NCBI GenBank assembly: GCA_951406725.2 | Contig: OX597816.1 | Location: 166,532,001 to 166,596,000, forward strand | Origin: Octopus vulgaris | Taxonomy: Eukaryota | Length of the DNA stretch: 64,000 bases | Reading direction: 5' to 3' | In this document: positions 12,493-25,712 of the stretch, piece after piece | How the letters are laid out: every line of letters starts with the position of its first letter | Numbering within the stretch: position 1 is the first letter of the stretch | Made by a program: the position numbers and the translations under genes | The notes under the pieces: model-generated | Told to the model about the DNA's origin: nothing | Seen by the model: only the letters and a program-made list of their open reading frames with translations | The model's database searches: none

Positions 12493-12578
12493 ACTTTCCT
12501 GAGGAGAAGATTGCATTGTTTATACCATTTATTCTTTTGAATAGTATCAGTGGAATTTTCGAAACATGTGTCGAAAGT
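12493..12578 (+). ncRNA. Type I hammerhead ribozyme in the PLE 3' pLTR
   Basis: Stem I actttc/gaaagt; core CTGAGGA; stem II gaagatt..aattttc; GAAA; palindromic short stem III ACATGT; GTC cleavage triplet. Confidence 0.85.
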
Positions 12579-12619
12579 AAAAATATTTGATTACACCTGC
12601 GTTAAACTCCATTTATTTA

Positions 12620-12678
<59 letters not shown>

Positions 12679-12679
12679 T

Positions 12680-12835
12680 ATTTTTCTCAGTTCTGCTGGT
12701 TGCGGGGGTCTCCCAGAACGTTCGTGAATATCAACATTTTACCGGCCATTTTGGAAGCGTCTGAACCACTCGTACACTTGTGTGCAGCTTATACACTTCT
12801 CTCCATACACTTTCTGAAACTTTGCGATTGCCTTT
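12680..12835 (-). mobile_element. mariner transposase HTH fragment
   Basis: Minus frame FQKVYGEKCISCTQVYEWFRRFQNGR*NVDIHERSGRP. Confidence 0.7.
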
Positions 12836-12899
12836 GAGCAGGTATCGCCATGACAACTTTCTCTGTTATGGTTAATGCGACGATCACTCGTACATGTAA

Positions 12900-13520
12900 A
12901 TAGAGAGAAAGCAAAGACCGAAAATATTCAGACGAATAACAGTCATGCATAAATATACAGAGATGTTCATATATTAACAGAGAAGATTTATAAATGTACA
13001 AAGACACGTAAAACGAAAGAGAGAATTAAGGTATGAAAAATTAAGGTATGATATTACAGGGCCGATAACTGTTTCTGGGGCTCAGAATTACGTCATAATG
13101 TTGGCAGATGCAGTTTGAAAAAGTGAAGGATGTGCAACCAGTTGAGGAAGCATATAAACATTAGGTAAGTCCGGCCTCCGTCTTCAGGCTGGAGAGATAG
13201 ATATCTAACATTTCAAATCATATTAAATGATTCTTTTTTTCAATTGTCCCTTTTTCAACAAGGCCCAGGATTTTATCCCACATATATTCTCAATGATTTT
13301 CCAAGACTGGCCATGCAAAGGTTTTTCATCAAGATGTTTAAAATATTCTCTATGAATTTCATTCTTACCATTTTCTCCTTTTCTAGTTTTGATCATCCGT
13401 TCCTTCTTTATTCAATGCCTTTAGCAACTTTTCTGTGGTGTTCTGTAAATAATCTAGTAAGCCGTTTCGTTTTATACCAATTAAACCTCTTCTACTCCCC
13501 CCTCTCTCTCTCCAAGAAAC
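12900..13520 (-). mobile_element. Decayed PLE 3' end with degenerate hammerhead (~13058-13192)
   Basis: Minus strand gcCTGAAGAcggaggc...gccccaGAAAcagttATCggc; upstream frame TKRLTRLFTEHH resembles the GIY-YIG RxxEH motif. Confidence 0.45.
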
Positions 13521-13719
13521 CAATAGTAGTTTTATCATCAAATCTATTTGCAACATAACTTCCGGTTTGGTTTGCAATCTGTCTCTTTCGTTCTCTTTCT
13601 ATGTATATTTATGTGTGTGTGTGTATATATACATACACACACATACACACATACATATTTCTCAACACTATTTTTAAAGACATTAAGTTACCATTTTTAA
13701 AAGAAGTAAGTTTATTATA

Positions 13720-14959
13720 TTGGGTTGGCAACTAAGTTCCCACCGTTTTAAAATTTAATTCTTTTAAAAGGTTTAATAAAAAATAACAACTAATTAATCA
13801 ATTATGTATTCACCCTTGTTGTTTACAACCTCTTCCCAACGTTCAACAAGATTTTTCAATACCTCGTTGGTAGAAATCACCCGATTTCGACTCGAAAAAT
13901 TGATCCAACCAAGCTCTCAATTCTGCATCAGTTTTGAGCGAAACTCCACGCATATTATTTGAAAGAGATCGAAAGTGGTGGAAATCCGTTGGTACCAAAT
14001 CAGGAGAGTACTCTCGGTGGGTGTGGTAGCACTTCCCAGCCATGCGTTTGAATGGCTTCCTTGGTCATATTGGCGATGTGAGGGCGAGCGTTATCGTGCG
14101 GCAGAACTCCATGCTGCCGATTAGGTCTTTTCTCATGAATAGCCGTGTTGAGTCGTTCCATCTGTTGAGCATAGAGTTCCGCGTTGACCGTTTGGTTCCG
14201 TTCAAGCAATTAATAATGGATAATCCCATCCCAGTCCCACCATACGCACAACATCGTTTTATGCGGATGAAGATCTTGTTTCACGCACAGTGTCGCTTGT
14301 TTACCGGAGCTAAGCCATTCCTTACGCTGCTTCATATTGATGTACAGGCACCACTTTTCGTCACCAGTAACAATTCGGTAAAGAAATCGTTGCTTGTGTC
14401 CATGAGTTGAGCGGTGACGAGTAAGCAAACCAGCAGAGATTGTGGGTCGTTGATTTTTGTTGTCATTTAAAGCATGCGGAACTCATGCTCCATACTTCTG
14501 AACCTTTCCCATCGAGTGAAGATGCTTCTCTATAGTAGTGTAAGAGCATTCCATTTTCTCTGCCTTGTCGTTTGACGAGAATTTTCGTGCAAAAGTTGGT
14601 TTAATCGATCTTCATCGAACTTTGAGTTCAAAATTTCCATGTTTGAACTTAGCATACCAATCACGAGCGGTTCTTTCAGCTATGGCACCCTTTCCATACA
14701 CAGCACAAATGTCGCGAGCAGTTTTCGCGGCCTTAGAACCTTGATTAAAAGCAAAACGAAGGAGGTGTCGAAAATGCTCGTTTTTCTTAACTTGATATTC
14801 CATTTTAATGATCTGAAAATAAGCAAAAATTAAATAGAAAAAAAACAAAATAGATTCCAAAATGATTCGAAAGTAGAATTCTTGAAAAAAAAATAGATTC
14901 CAAAATTTAAAAACGCAATATATTCCAAAACTAAAAAAAAAACTTAGTTGCCAACCTAA
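13720..14959 (-). mobile_element. Near full-length mariner (DD34D, mellifera-like), disrupted transposase
   Basis: TIRs ttgggttggcaactaagtt / aacttagttgccaacctaa with TA flanks; motifs EHFRHLLRFAFNQG, IVTGDEKW, HDNARPH, YSPDLVPTDFH. Confidence 0.95.
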
Positions 14960-15010
14960 TACTGTGAAAAGTAAATTCATTTTAGTATTGTACTGTCTAT
15001 CATGAATGTA

Positions 15011-15665
15011 TCAGGTCATCCCATAAGTTCTATCCGATTTTACCTTTTTTTAAATTGAATGAAATTTAATAGTATTTTAGAATGTCTAATGGAATTAAAA
15101 ATTATTTTTATGCATTTGTGTATATTTAAACTAATTAAATATTATTTTACAGAATAATTGAATTAAAATTTCTTTGATTAAAACCCTTTCTAACATGGAA
15201 GTATCCAAAGAGCGTTTGAGGCACATAATGCTTTTTGAGTACAAAAAAGGAAACTCTGCGGCCGAAGCGACTCGAAACATACACTCAGTTTATGGGAAAG
15301 AATGTTTGAATGAAAAAACTCGCAGAAGCTGGTTTGCAAAATTCAGAAGTGGAGATTTCAGCCTTGAAGATGAAGATCGAACAGGACGTCCAGTTGAGAT
15401 CCTTGAGGCATTACTTGAAGAAAATCCTGCATTATCAGTTGAAGATTTGGCAATAAAGCTTACTTCAAAACATACAACTATTCATCATCATCTTCAACAG
15501 CTTGGAAAGGTTCCTAAACTTGGAAAATGGGTGCCTCGCGAATTGTCCGAAAGCAACCGCAAATCCCGCGTTGATATATGCTCTTCTCTCCATTCTCGCG
15601 AACTCATTTCACCCTTTTGGGATAGACTTTTGACTGTTGACGAAAAATGAATCTTCTATCGAATA
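15011..15665 (+). mobile_element. 3'-truncated mariner, second family
   Basis: TA then tcaggtcatcccataag end; MEVSKERLRHIMLFEYKKG..WFAKFRSGDFSLED..WVPREL..LTVDEK. Confidence 0.9.
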
Positions 15666-16052
15666 GTTTTGCCTAAGTCTTTCTGGAATATATACATGTA
15701 TTTCAATGAATGAAAATATTATTTATTCCGGGCATAAAAGCAATGGGCCATGCACTGGCGTATGAATAAACTTTTTGCAGTATTGTTTATACTACTCAAG
15801 ATGGCCACTACTTCTGACATTTTTGAGATAACTGTATATTTCCAACTTACAGAAAATAGTTTTATTATTTCATTAGATTAGAACAGTTTTGTAGTCTTCT
15901 ACCAAAAGTACATTCTTTTGTTAGCAAATTTAGCCAGCGCTAAACCCCGTTCTTTGAGTTCTAAACTTAGCCAGCACAAAAGCGCATTCAGTGAGCATCA
16001 AACGTAGCCAATACAAAGCTCATTATTTGAATGCGAAACTTAGAAATAGTGC

Positions 16053-16465
16053 ATTTCTTATTTCTTTACTGCTCACAAGGGTCTACACACAGAGGGGACA
16101 AACAAACGGATTAAGTCGATTATATCGACCCCAGTGCGTAACTGGTACTTATTTAATCGACCCCAAAAGGATGAAAGGCAAAGTCGACCTCGGCGGAATT
16201 TGAACTCAGAACGTAGCGGCAGTCGAAATACCTATTTCTTTACTACCCACGAGGGGCTAAATACAGAGAGGACAAACAAGGACAAACAAACGGATTAAGT
16301 CGATTATATCGACTCCAGCGAGTAAATGGAACTTATTTAATCGACTCCGAAAGAATGAAAGGCAAAGTCGACCTCGGCGGAATTTGAAATCAGAGCGTAA
16401 CGGCAGACGAAATAGCGCTCAGCATTTCGCCAGGCGTGCTAACGATTCTGCCAGCTCGCCGCCTT
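16053..16465 (-). mobile_element. Dimeric SINE family A
   Basis: Two reverse-complement ~184-bp units plus head. Confidence 0.85.
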
Positions 16466-16734
16466 AGTGCATTTCTAAAATCTGTTTAAAGTTTGAGCTT
16501 ATCAGAACTAAAGTTATACGTTAGTTTGAACGCAGAATCAGAGTTTGAGAAGAAACAGAGACAATCTAGTGCTCTGTGCATGTAGGACAATAAAAAGTTA
16601 AGGATGTTTCGCTCACGACTAACATTGTTAGATAAGGCAAAGAACAGACACGTTGACATTGGTTTTGTAAGAAATATCACGATTTCTTGAAAAATGTATA
16701 GATATTGTGAAATATCATTTATGCCTAATTTTTT

Positions 16735-17780
16735 TACTTGTTTCATCCATTGGACAGCAGCCATGATGGGGTACTACCTTGAAGGATTCAGTCTAACAAA
16801 TCAATTCCAGACTTATCCTATCGGTCTCTTTTTGCCGGACCTATAAGTTACGAAGATGTAAACCAGCCAACACCGATTGCCAAGTATTGGTATTTTCATC
16901 TAGAAATAAGGCGGTGAGCTGGTAGAACTTTAGCACGCCAGGTAAAACGCTTAGCAATATTTTGTCCGTTTTTACGTTCTGAATTCAAATTCCAGCAAGA
17001 TCGACTTTTCTTTTCATCCTCTCGGGGTCAATAAAACAAGTACCAGTCGAGTGCTGGGGTCGATGTAATCGACTTACCTCATCCCATGTTCCAAAATTTG
17101 AAAAGAAATATTTTCATGTACGAATAATTTTGACAATATCAATCAGTTTTTCATGATGAGTTAGCGTTATCCTAGGTGTGGTTATTTCCAGTTGAAAATA
17201 TCAATTCATTTCTATTTCACACGCCACAACATCAATACATTTTTCAATAAGTCGTGATATTTCTTACAAACTAATGTCAACACGACTAAAACGTCTCGCA
17301 AAGTTTCACAATGGTTGTCGACCATAAAATATTGAAATTCGATCTCCGTTCTAAAATCAATTGAAACAGTTTAGTTTGCTTCAGTGCAACTTCTATTTGG
17401 GTTACGATCTTGCGCGGAGGATGAAAACTCGTTTATAGTGCTGAAGTACTCTTTGTTATTTTAAGTAAGTAAACATCTTAGGTAAGTAAACATCTAGAAG
17501 CCTTAGTAAATACATGAAAACACAATTGTCATTCAAGCATTTACTGGCACAGGTGTAGCAATTATTCTGAGAACATTGAAATATTGGCTTCAAATTTTGG
17601 CACAAGGCCAGCAATTTCGGGGGATCGTCGATTACATCAGCAGTTACTTATTTTATCGATCCAGATAGGAGGAAAAAACGAAGTCTATCTCGGCAGAATT
17701 TAAACTCTGAACGTAAAGCCGGACAAAATACTCCTGAGCATTTTTCCCGGTGTGTTAACGATCCTGCCAGCTCGCTGCGT
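16735..17780. mobile_element. Cluster of decayed SINEs (B tail minus 16735-16890; A plus 16907-17100; A minus 17600-17780)
   Basis: Diverged matches to the family A and B copies seen elsewhere in the window. Confidence 0.65.
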
Positions 17781-17819
17781 TATGTAATATGAGGAATGTG
17801 TAATAAGAGAAAATGTTAT

Positions 17820-18230
17820 CTTCTTGACTTGACAGCTTTCACCCGGGGTGGGTTGAGTTAGCTTCATTCATCCTCAATGCTGCATCTTTCACAAACGCCG
17901 ACCAGGCCTGGCGATTTGAGGCTAACAACCGCGTGATCTCCAACCACTCCTTATTCCAGCGGCGAACGCCGTAGATATGGGGGCTTAGGTTGGGTTCCAG
18001 ATCAGCCTTGACTGTCATCAGCCAGGTTTTTCATTGTCCACCACATCGCTTTCGCCAACCCTGAAGGGGAGCTGGGGCAATTGCTTTGTAGATGAATTCT
18101 CCTGGTTGACGACGGAGGGCCAAACCCAACCAACGCAGACGTCTCGTTAGGATGACTTGTCGGAGGGAGGGGATTCTGCGCTGGTGTCGCACCGAATTGT
18201 TGGAGACAATGTTTAGTCAATAGGCTAAGC
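17820..18230 (-). mobile_element. RTE-group LINE 3' remnant
   Basis: Minus frame IYGVRRWNKEWLEITRLLASNRQAWSAFVKDAA..STHPG. Confidence 0.6.
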
Positions 18231-18333
18231 ACATTTTATACCCGTAAGATACAATTTGTTAAATAGATGATATGTGAAGTGAGAAATAAAGAACTGTTAA
18301 AGAGTAAGAGCTACTATGTTTCTTAATAAATTA

Positions 18334-18522
18334 TTGGGTAGGCTACTAAGTTCCCGCTGTTTTAAAAAATTCTGTAATTCATTGCGTTTTTAAATTTTGG
18401 AATCTATTTTTTTCGAGAATTCTATTTTTGAATCATATTGGAATCTATTTTGGAGGGGCTTTTTCTAGTTAATTTTAGTTAATTTTTGTTTATTTTCAGA
18501 TCATTAAAATGGAATGTCAAGT
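18334..18522 (+). mobile_element. 5' fragment of the mariner family at 13720-14959
   Basis: TIR ttgggtaggctactaagtt, 5' UTR and start atggaatgtcaagt match the reverse complement of 14790-14959. Confidence 0.8.
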
Positions 18523-18800
18523 TCTTCATACCAACTATCATTGGAGCAACAGGATACATACCAACCCGCCTGGAGCAAAGTGAAGCTGATCTTGGGTTCT
18601 TGGGGAGAGAACACAAGTCCTTAATTCATATGCTACAAAGGATCACGATATCAGGGACTACAAAATCTGCAAGGCCTTCTAAAGATTTAAAAGATGATGG
18701 TTAAATGAAGATAATTTCCTTCACAACCTTGCTATTAAATAAGAGAAACATCTTTAACTGACCGACACGGCGTCATTCAGAGCGAATTTTAAAAACATAT
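18523..18800 (+). mobile_element. R4/Dong-like 3' fragment
   Basis: FIPTIIGATGYIP..LGF..LIHMLQ..ISGTTK, homologous to the ends of 31547-33050 and 33310-34200. Confidence 0.65.
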
Positions 18801-18851
18801 ACCTTATAAACACGTGGAAATTCACTCATATGATTATGACTGAAATTATAA

Positions 18852-18915
<64 letters not shown>

Positions 18916-18923
18916 GTGTGTGT

Positions 18924-18958
18924 GTTTCTGACGAAGAGCTACGCTCGAAACGTTAAAT
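18924..18958 (+). ncRNA. Minimal type I hammerhead motif in PLE tail (tail extends to ~19062)
   Basis: gttt-CTGACGA-a-gagc-tac-gctc-GAAA-cgtt-aaat; a family copy lies at 52103-52306 minus. Confidence 0.7.
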
Positions 18959-19058
18959 TCTCCTTCTTTCTTTCCTTTCCTGAGCGTCCAATAACACTAT
19001 ACTTGTTCCACGTCCTCGCGTTGTTGTGTTTTCTCTTTGTGTTTTCATGTTTGGATTA

Positions 19059-19174
<116 letters not shown>

Positions 19175-19419
19175 TATAATGAGGGTAGAAATTAATATTA
19201 TTAATATTTATTTAAACCAGTGGCTAGCATACTTTAAAAATTATGATAAACAAAAAGAAGTTCGTGTATGAAATTGATCTTTTTGATACTTCAATTATTA
19301 CATGTTTTTTTCTTACATACAGGTGGAGTAAATCTAAATATATCATAACACTTTGAATGTGGCTCCCGAGAAAGAGTAAGAGTAATTACCCGATCAGCGG
19401 GTATATATATAAAAGAGAG

Positions 19420-19451
<32 letters not shown>

Positions 19452-19459
19452 CATATATA

Positions 19460-19781
<322 letters not shown>

Positions 19782-19789
19782 ATGAAATG

Positions 19790-19825
<36 letters not shown>

Positions 19826-19842
19826 ATGAAAATGAAATGAAA

Positions 19843-19888
<46 letters not shown>

Positions 19889-20034
19889 CATTTCATTTTC
19901 ATTTTCATTTTTCATTTCATCTATATATATATATATATATATATATATCATTTCATATATATATATACTAGCTGAAAGTGACCCGCTCTACGCGCGGGTA
20001 AGAGTGTGGTTGTTACTTCCTGTTGCTTCCTTTC

Positions 20035-20345
20035 AGCACGTAAAAAGCACCATCCGAACGTAGCTGATTGCAGCGCCACCTTGACTGGCTTCTGTGCCAG
20101 TGGCACGTAAAAAGCACCAACCGATCGTTGCCGCTGCGAACCCCCCTGGCACCTGTGCCGGCGGCACGAAAAAAGCACCCACTACACTCACAGAGTGGTT
20201 GGCGTTAGGAAGGTCATCCACCTGTAGAAACACTGCCAGATCAGACTGGAGCCTGGTGCAGCCTCCTGGCTTCCCAGATCCCGGTAAAACTGTCCAACCC
20301 GTGCTAAGACGGAAAACGGACGTTAAACGATGATGATGATGATGA
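20035..20345 (+). mobile_element. SINE 3' part with V-domain-like motif and (GAT)n tail
   Basis: Three gcacg(t/a)aaaaagcacc repeats, ggttggcgttaggaaggtcatcc..tagaaa, tail ggacgttaaacgatgatgatg. Confidence 0.7.
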
Positions 20346-21084
20346 TTCTCCCTCTTTGTTTCTCTCTCCTTTCTCTCTCACTTTCCCACTCTCTTACTTT
20401 TCTTTTCTCTCGGACTCTCCCTCGCTTTCTCTTACTCTCTATCTCTATCTATCTCTCTCTCATTTATAAACAACAAAAGATCTTGAGTAAGTTAAGAAAT
20501 AAAATATTTAGAAAGATCAATCATAAATATCAGGCAGTGGCAACGGAAAGGTCTGCTTCAAGGCAGACAGCAAAACGCTAACATTTAAAAGGGACAGACG
20601 AACTTGCAAGCTGAATAAAAATAATAAAATGTTGGAAAGCAAAGTTTGAAGGGATAGAATCTGAGGATAGTAGAGTCACCATGACTGGCATTTCTTAACG
20701 ACGGAAAGCAACGTATTGACAGTTTAACGGCTGGCGTAAAATTCGCAAACACCAAGTTTTGAAGTGATTCTTTCTCACGACAGTAGACTCACCATGGCAA
20801 GCATTCAAAACCTCTTCATCATGGACGGCAACACATTGAAGATTAAAAGGCTGGCGCAAATTTTTTAGTTTGATGTAACAGAGAATTCCTAAACACTCGC
20901 TCCTTTAAATTTTAATCCCCTTCCAGCCCCATTTATACCCATTTTAACCTTTTGGTTAATATAACCCGATTTCATTCGGGTCTACTGGGGCCACATTTTA
21001 TAAGATGAGGAATTTTGTCCTAGAGGTGACGCCTTTCATTTGAGGAAAAAAATAGTTGTCATGCAAACTTGCCAGCACTTTTAA

Positions 21085-22157
21085 CCCTTTCGTTACCAAA
21101 CCGCCCAAAGCCGCCCAAAACAATTTTTGGTTAATGTGATCAAACCGCCCAAACCCGCCCGTATTTACCTATTCATATTTAAATGAGAATATCAGAGCAA
21201 ATCTCTTATTACATTCGTGAAAACACGTGATTATACTTCGTAAACAGTTCATCTACAGTTTTGTACAACAATCGAAGTGTAATTTTAATTCCGTGAATTT
21301 TGGGAGATTTTTTTCCAAAATTTGTTCCTATTGTGTTTTCAAAATTTGTAATTCTGACAAAAAATGGATACGAATTTCATCATATCAAGCAGCGAGTCAG
21401 AATTCAAAGGATTTTCTACTGAAGACCTTGATAAATCTAACTCTATGACTGAAAAAAAAGCACGTGGTATTTGATAATGAATCTGATGTTTCATTTTCCG
21501 AAAGTGAAAACAGTGAATCCGAGAGCTCCGACAGCGATAAAGAAAATGAATTGGCACCTGAAAGGAGTAAAAATTGAAAAACTGTTTCTTTCTGAAGAAA
21601 CTGGACCAAGCCACAGACTTTCCCAGGAGAGTAAAGCCTTAGACTATTTCTTTTTACTTTTTCGAATGAGCCTATTTGAAATCATTACGGCGGAAACGAA
21701 CCGTTACGCTAAATGTAAACAAAGCGAAAGAAAGGATAGTTAGTGGTTTCCCACAACCTTAAATGAAATTAAGACTATTTTGCCATAAATATTATTATGG
21801 GTATCAGAAAGTTACCCAGAATAACAAATTCTATCGTAAAATTTTGTTGTATGCCCAATTGAATATTAGCTAATAACCCATTTTCTATAGCGATGTTTGA
21901 ACAAAATTTTAATAATTTTATATTTTGTTGAATTTACCTGTATCTACCTGCAATTAGAGTCACTTTGTGACAAAAATTATAGTATAGAATTGGTTGAGAA
22001 CATTTCATTAAATTATCTTCCAAAATTCATGCTAATATATTAATAAATAAAAAAGTTATAGTTGTTTAATGAAACCAGACTAACTTTATGATTATGTTAG
22101 AAATTAATTGAAACATATAAGGGGTGTATTTTGGTCAGAAATATAGTAACGAAAGGG
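21085..22157 (+). mobile_element. Internally deleted piggyBac
   Basis: TIRs ccctttcgttac / gtaacgaaaggg; TTAA left, TTCA right; transposase N-terminal piece DYFFLLF..IITAETNRYA..WFPTTLNEIK..IIMGIRKLP. Confidence 0.9.
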
Positions 22158-22210
22158 TTCATAGGTGTGCATATTTTCAGCTGAACCGACCGACCACATA
22201 ATGCACACAT

Positions 22211-22272
<62 letters not shown>

Positions 22273-24907
22273 TGCACGCATTATATATACAAATTATATA
22301 TATATGTATAAATTAAATTAGAGATAAAACCACTAATAGGCAAAAAAAAATAAAAATAAAAGCATAAAAATAAAAATATAATATAGAAAATATATAAAAT
22401 TGAAAAATTTAAATTATTTAAATTTAAAATAAAAATTATTAAATTATATTTATAATTTGTTTAAAAATATATATAGCTATCAAAGAGTATTAAAAAGTTT
22501 AATATACATACATACAGATATATACACTTTGTATATATACATTATATATGCATATTTATATATCGAACACACACGCACACACACATATATAAATGAACGC
22601 AATGAATATCTGATTCATAATATTTGTTCTCATGATTGTGTGTTGTTGGTAGCGATGATAATTCTCCCTATGAATGCATACAGATACATCAAAGAAAGCC
22701 GTCTGACGAACTTATAAAGGGAAAGTGAAAGGGAGTTGAGGGGAATACATTAAATAACGGAAGTGGACTTCTCAAAGTTATAAATGAAGGGGAGTAAGAG
22801 AGGGAAAGGAGGAAATAGCGTGAGTGAGGAAGATGGCCCCTAGCAACCACACCTTTCAAGATAGGGATTTCTAACGTAGCCCACGGGCATCATCACCTCA
22901 TTCTACATGTCCCTGTAAATTTTGGAGCGAATCGGACGGGATGTAGTGGCATTGAAAGCGATCCAAGCGGTAAAAACGCATTTCAGTTTTATATATAGAG
23001 ATATATAACACAGAATGTGTGTCTGTCTGTGTGTTTGTCATGTCGTTAAAACTCAAGACCCATCCAACCGATTTTAGTGAAATTTTCACCATTAGATTGC
23101 AAATTTACCAGGAATGGTTCTAAGCTTAAAAAGTTTTGAAAAACCTGCATGCGTTTGGGCAAAAATCGATAAATTTAACTTGTTTTGCAAAAAGGAAGAC
23201 AAAAGTTGCACACGGAAAATTTTTTACAGGAGTAACCGATTTTCTTCAAACTACTTACAAAACATTTGTCATGCTGCGAAGTTTATGCAGGGTGGTTGAA
23301 CTCTTTCAAAACACAGCCGCCTTGCATGAAAAACTCGAAAAATTGTGAAAAACTAGATTTTTTTACCTTAAAACTCGAAAATTGAACTTAATAACTTCCG
23401 GACGCTGCAACTGATTTTTTTTTCGAATTTGTTGCAAAATATTTGTCATGCTACGAAAATTATGCAAAATGGTTTGATTTTTTTTCTACGGCAACCATGT
23501 TGCATGGAAACTGCGAAAAGCAGCGAAAAATAGATTTTTTTTGTTGAACTTGCAAATTAAACTTTTAATAACTTCTGTTTCCTGCAACCGATTTTCTTCA
23601 AATTTGGTAGTAACATAACATGTGGTCAAAATATTAGTTTGAAGTATTTTGTTCTGGACATCGTTTGTGCTTACGGAGGAAAATCCGCGAATGAGTTGAA
23701 AATCGTTGTTTAGCCAATAACTTCTACCTTTTGTTACCCATTTGCTCTAGATTGCACATCAGCATCAACTTTGAAACAAGAACTGTCTGAAGCAAAACAT
23801 TTCTCAGGGTAATCTGCTTTAAAGTCAGCGACTAAATGGATTGAAAACTATTTTTTAACCGAAACTTCTTCAATTCCTAACAGAATCTCTTAAAAATTTG
23901 TATGTACACGTTTAATTCAAAACGCCCTAAAAATAAGTGGTTTAAACTGGTTTTTGGCCAACACTTTCTGGCGATTACAGTCAATTTGCACCAGATTCGG
24001 ATGAAAAATTTCTAATTATTTCAATATTTTCACACTTTTACTAAAAAAAAAATCCTGTTTTTAGTGAGACGCATCGTTTTTTAAACAATCCATAACAAAC
24101 TACACGATGTAAAACATAATTAATAATGTTATTTTAAACACAGCTCGCTTATTTAACTGGATACAGTGTTTTGTCGCAATTAAATCACAAGTGAATTTTT
24201 CAGGTTTTAATCAAATTTGTATGCACTATCGATTTTTTCGCATACAAGTTGTGTCAAGAAAATCAATGCCTGTTAGTTCATGGACACATTCACGCAATAC
24301 GAGTCAACAAAACCTGAAGCTCAGTTGCAGAAATCGCACCTTCATGGTAAGTATTTGAGTATGCATTCTATTTTTTAATCGGCCTTTAACTTCTAACAAT
24401 TAATTCCAGAATCAGTAATCAGGCTTACAAACCTGTACATCAGCCCAAACCTGTACATCTTAACCTATTTTACCTTTCATTTAAGTTTTTTACCTAAACA
24501 TTATTTGCAAAGTCATAAATTCTTTTTTTGGCCTATAAATAGTATTTATAGACAAGAGTAGGAGTGGCTGTGTAGCTTGCTTACCAGCCACATGGTTCTT
24601 AAGTAACCAATATACTAAATACTGCATTAGCCACATGTTTCGGTTCCCATGTAGTACTGGAATGCATAAGGCGTAAACATCTATTTGTCACCATTGGCGT
24701 ACATGTTTATTTTAAAATTTATTTGTCGATTCAAGGATATCCAATAACCATGCCAAGACGATCTTGATTTTCAATCGGGCGCAACACTGCGCGAGTTTCG
24801 AAATTGAAAGAAAGGCGAGCTAATGAAACGTCAGAGGAAACTAATAGTAGGTTAACCCAAAATGCTTTGAGAAGAGCTATTGCAAGAACAATGGCTACCG
24901 ATGAACA

Positions 24908-25297
24908 GTGTGGTGGAAGCACTCCGTCGGTTACGACGAGGAGGGTTCCGGTTGATCCGATCAACGGAACAGCCTGCTCGTGAAATTAACGTGTAAGTGG
25001 CTGAGCACTCCACAGACACGTGTACCCTTAACGTAGTTCTCGGGGATATTCAACGTGACACAGAGAGTGACAAGGCCGGACCTTTGAAATACAGGTACAA
25101 CAGAAACAGGAAGTAAGAGTGAGAGAAAGTTGTGGTGAAAGATTACAGCAGGGATCACCACCATCCCCTGCCGGAGCCTCGTGGAGCTTTAGGTGTTTTC
25201 GCTCAATAAACACTCACAACGCCCGGTCTGGGAATCGAAACCGCGATCCTACGACCGCGAGTCCGCTGCCCTAACCACTGGGCTATTGCGCCTCCAC
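24908..25297 (-). mobile_element. SINE family C, tail type 1, with 11-bp TSD
   Basis: TSD accgatgaaca (24897-24907 / 25298-25308); tRNA-like head gtggaggcgcaatagcccagtggttagggc. Confidence 0.95.
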
Positions 25298-25415
25298 ACC
25301 GATGAACAACATTTGATATGTCAAAAGAGAAATGCTGCAGGATCTGCTGCCGCTCGAGCGACAGAGACTGACGGACAGCGTACAGTCCATCGGAACAAAG
25401 TTGCTGCGGCAATTG

Positions 25416-25712
25416 TTCCTTCTCGAGCCACGCCTGGCTCATAAGGACCGGTTTCCCGGTTTCTTTGGCGTATAGGTTTCCCACCTGGACGGGACGCCGG
25501 ACCGTCGCAGGTGAGCTGCTAGATGCAGGAGGAAAGAGTGAGAGAAAGTTGTGGCGAAAGAGTCAGCAGAGATTCGCCATTACCTTCTGCCGGAGCCGCG
25601 TGGAGCTTAGGTGTCTCGCTCATAAACACACATATCGCTCGGTCTGAGATTCGAACCCGCGATCTCTCGACCGCGAGTCCGCTGCTCTAACCACTAGGCC
25701 ATGTGCCTCCAC
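25416..25712 (-). mobile_element. SINE family C, tail type 2, with 11-bp TSD
   Basis: TSD tgcggcaattg (25405-25415 / 25713-25723). Confidence 0.95.

Larger units (their letters stand above)
19968..23001 (-). mobile_element. Non-autonomous Helitron carrying nested insertions
   Basis: Minus strand A|TCTCTATATATAAAACTG 5' end at 23001; 3' hairpin cccgcgcgtagagcggg and CTAG|T at 19968. Confidence 0.7.
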
